Below, piece after piece: positions 63,947-64,000 of a DNA stretch of 64,000 nucleotides. The position numbers and the translations under genes are program-made. The DNA lies in the NCBI RefSeq assembly GCF_000315625.1, contig NW_005434645.1, positions 233,925-297,924 of the forward strand. Reading direction: 5' to 3'. Every line of letters begins with the position of its first letter. The first letter of the stretch is position 1. A model generated the notes under the pieces. It was not told where the DNA came from. It made no database searches and was given only the letters and a program-made list of their open reading frames with translations. This stretch comes from Guillardia theta CCMP2712. Lineage: Eukaryota > Protista > Cryptophyta.

Positions 63947-64000
63947 AATGATGATGATGATGATGATGATAGGAGTGATAATGATGATGATGATGGAAAT
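62859..64000 (+). CDS. TPR-repeat protein (kinesin-light-chain-like TPRs), continues beyond window
   Basis: LGREMLENGMAENAYPLLCDVLAVR; HGEAIARYEEALSVHQSL...CLEAMGGLYMQQ; GNLDKAVDIYNR. Confidence 0.65.

Overview
Eukaryotic nuclear DNA from a draft assembly, with eight N-gaps. It is gene-dense and intron-rich: many ~45-60 nt GT-AG introns plus longer introns filled with microsatellites. This style suggests a cryptophyte alga such as Guillardia theta (inference only). About 17 genes can be assembled by hand: an AB-hydrolase lipase, a WWE-PDZ-PDZ protein, a divergent pair of fucosyltransferases (GT10 and GT23/NodZ-like), TAD2/ADAT2, TPGS1, a heme-domain channel, a 4-TM SRCR protein, an intronless Ubl-DUF4062-NACHT-WD40 protein, an EF-hand/ankyrin protein, TIM44, an F-box-like protein, a coiled-coil protein, a CYTH-triphosphatase/guanylyltransferase capping enzyme, a CPA2 antiporter, a small membrane protein and a TPR protein. 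The standout is 18821-25495 (-). The ORF track breaks it into a 915-aa ORF plus fragments, but splicing at canonical sites joins it in frame into one protein of roughly 1,650-1,700 aa: cytochrome b5 + CP heme motif + four globin domains + ankyrin-like linker + TRPV-like 6-TM channel. This is a candidate O2/NO/redox-gated cation channel. Second, the NACHT-WD40 protein starts with a 76-residue ubiquitin-like domain whose GG cleavage would expose a G-C-x-x-S acylation signal. All gene models are manual and untested, and exon boundaries are approximate.
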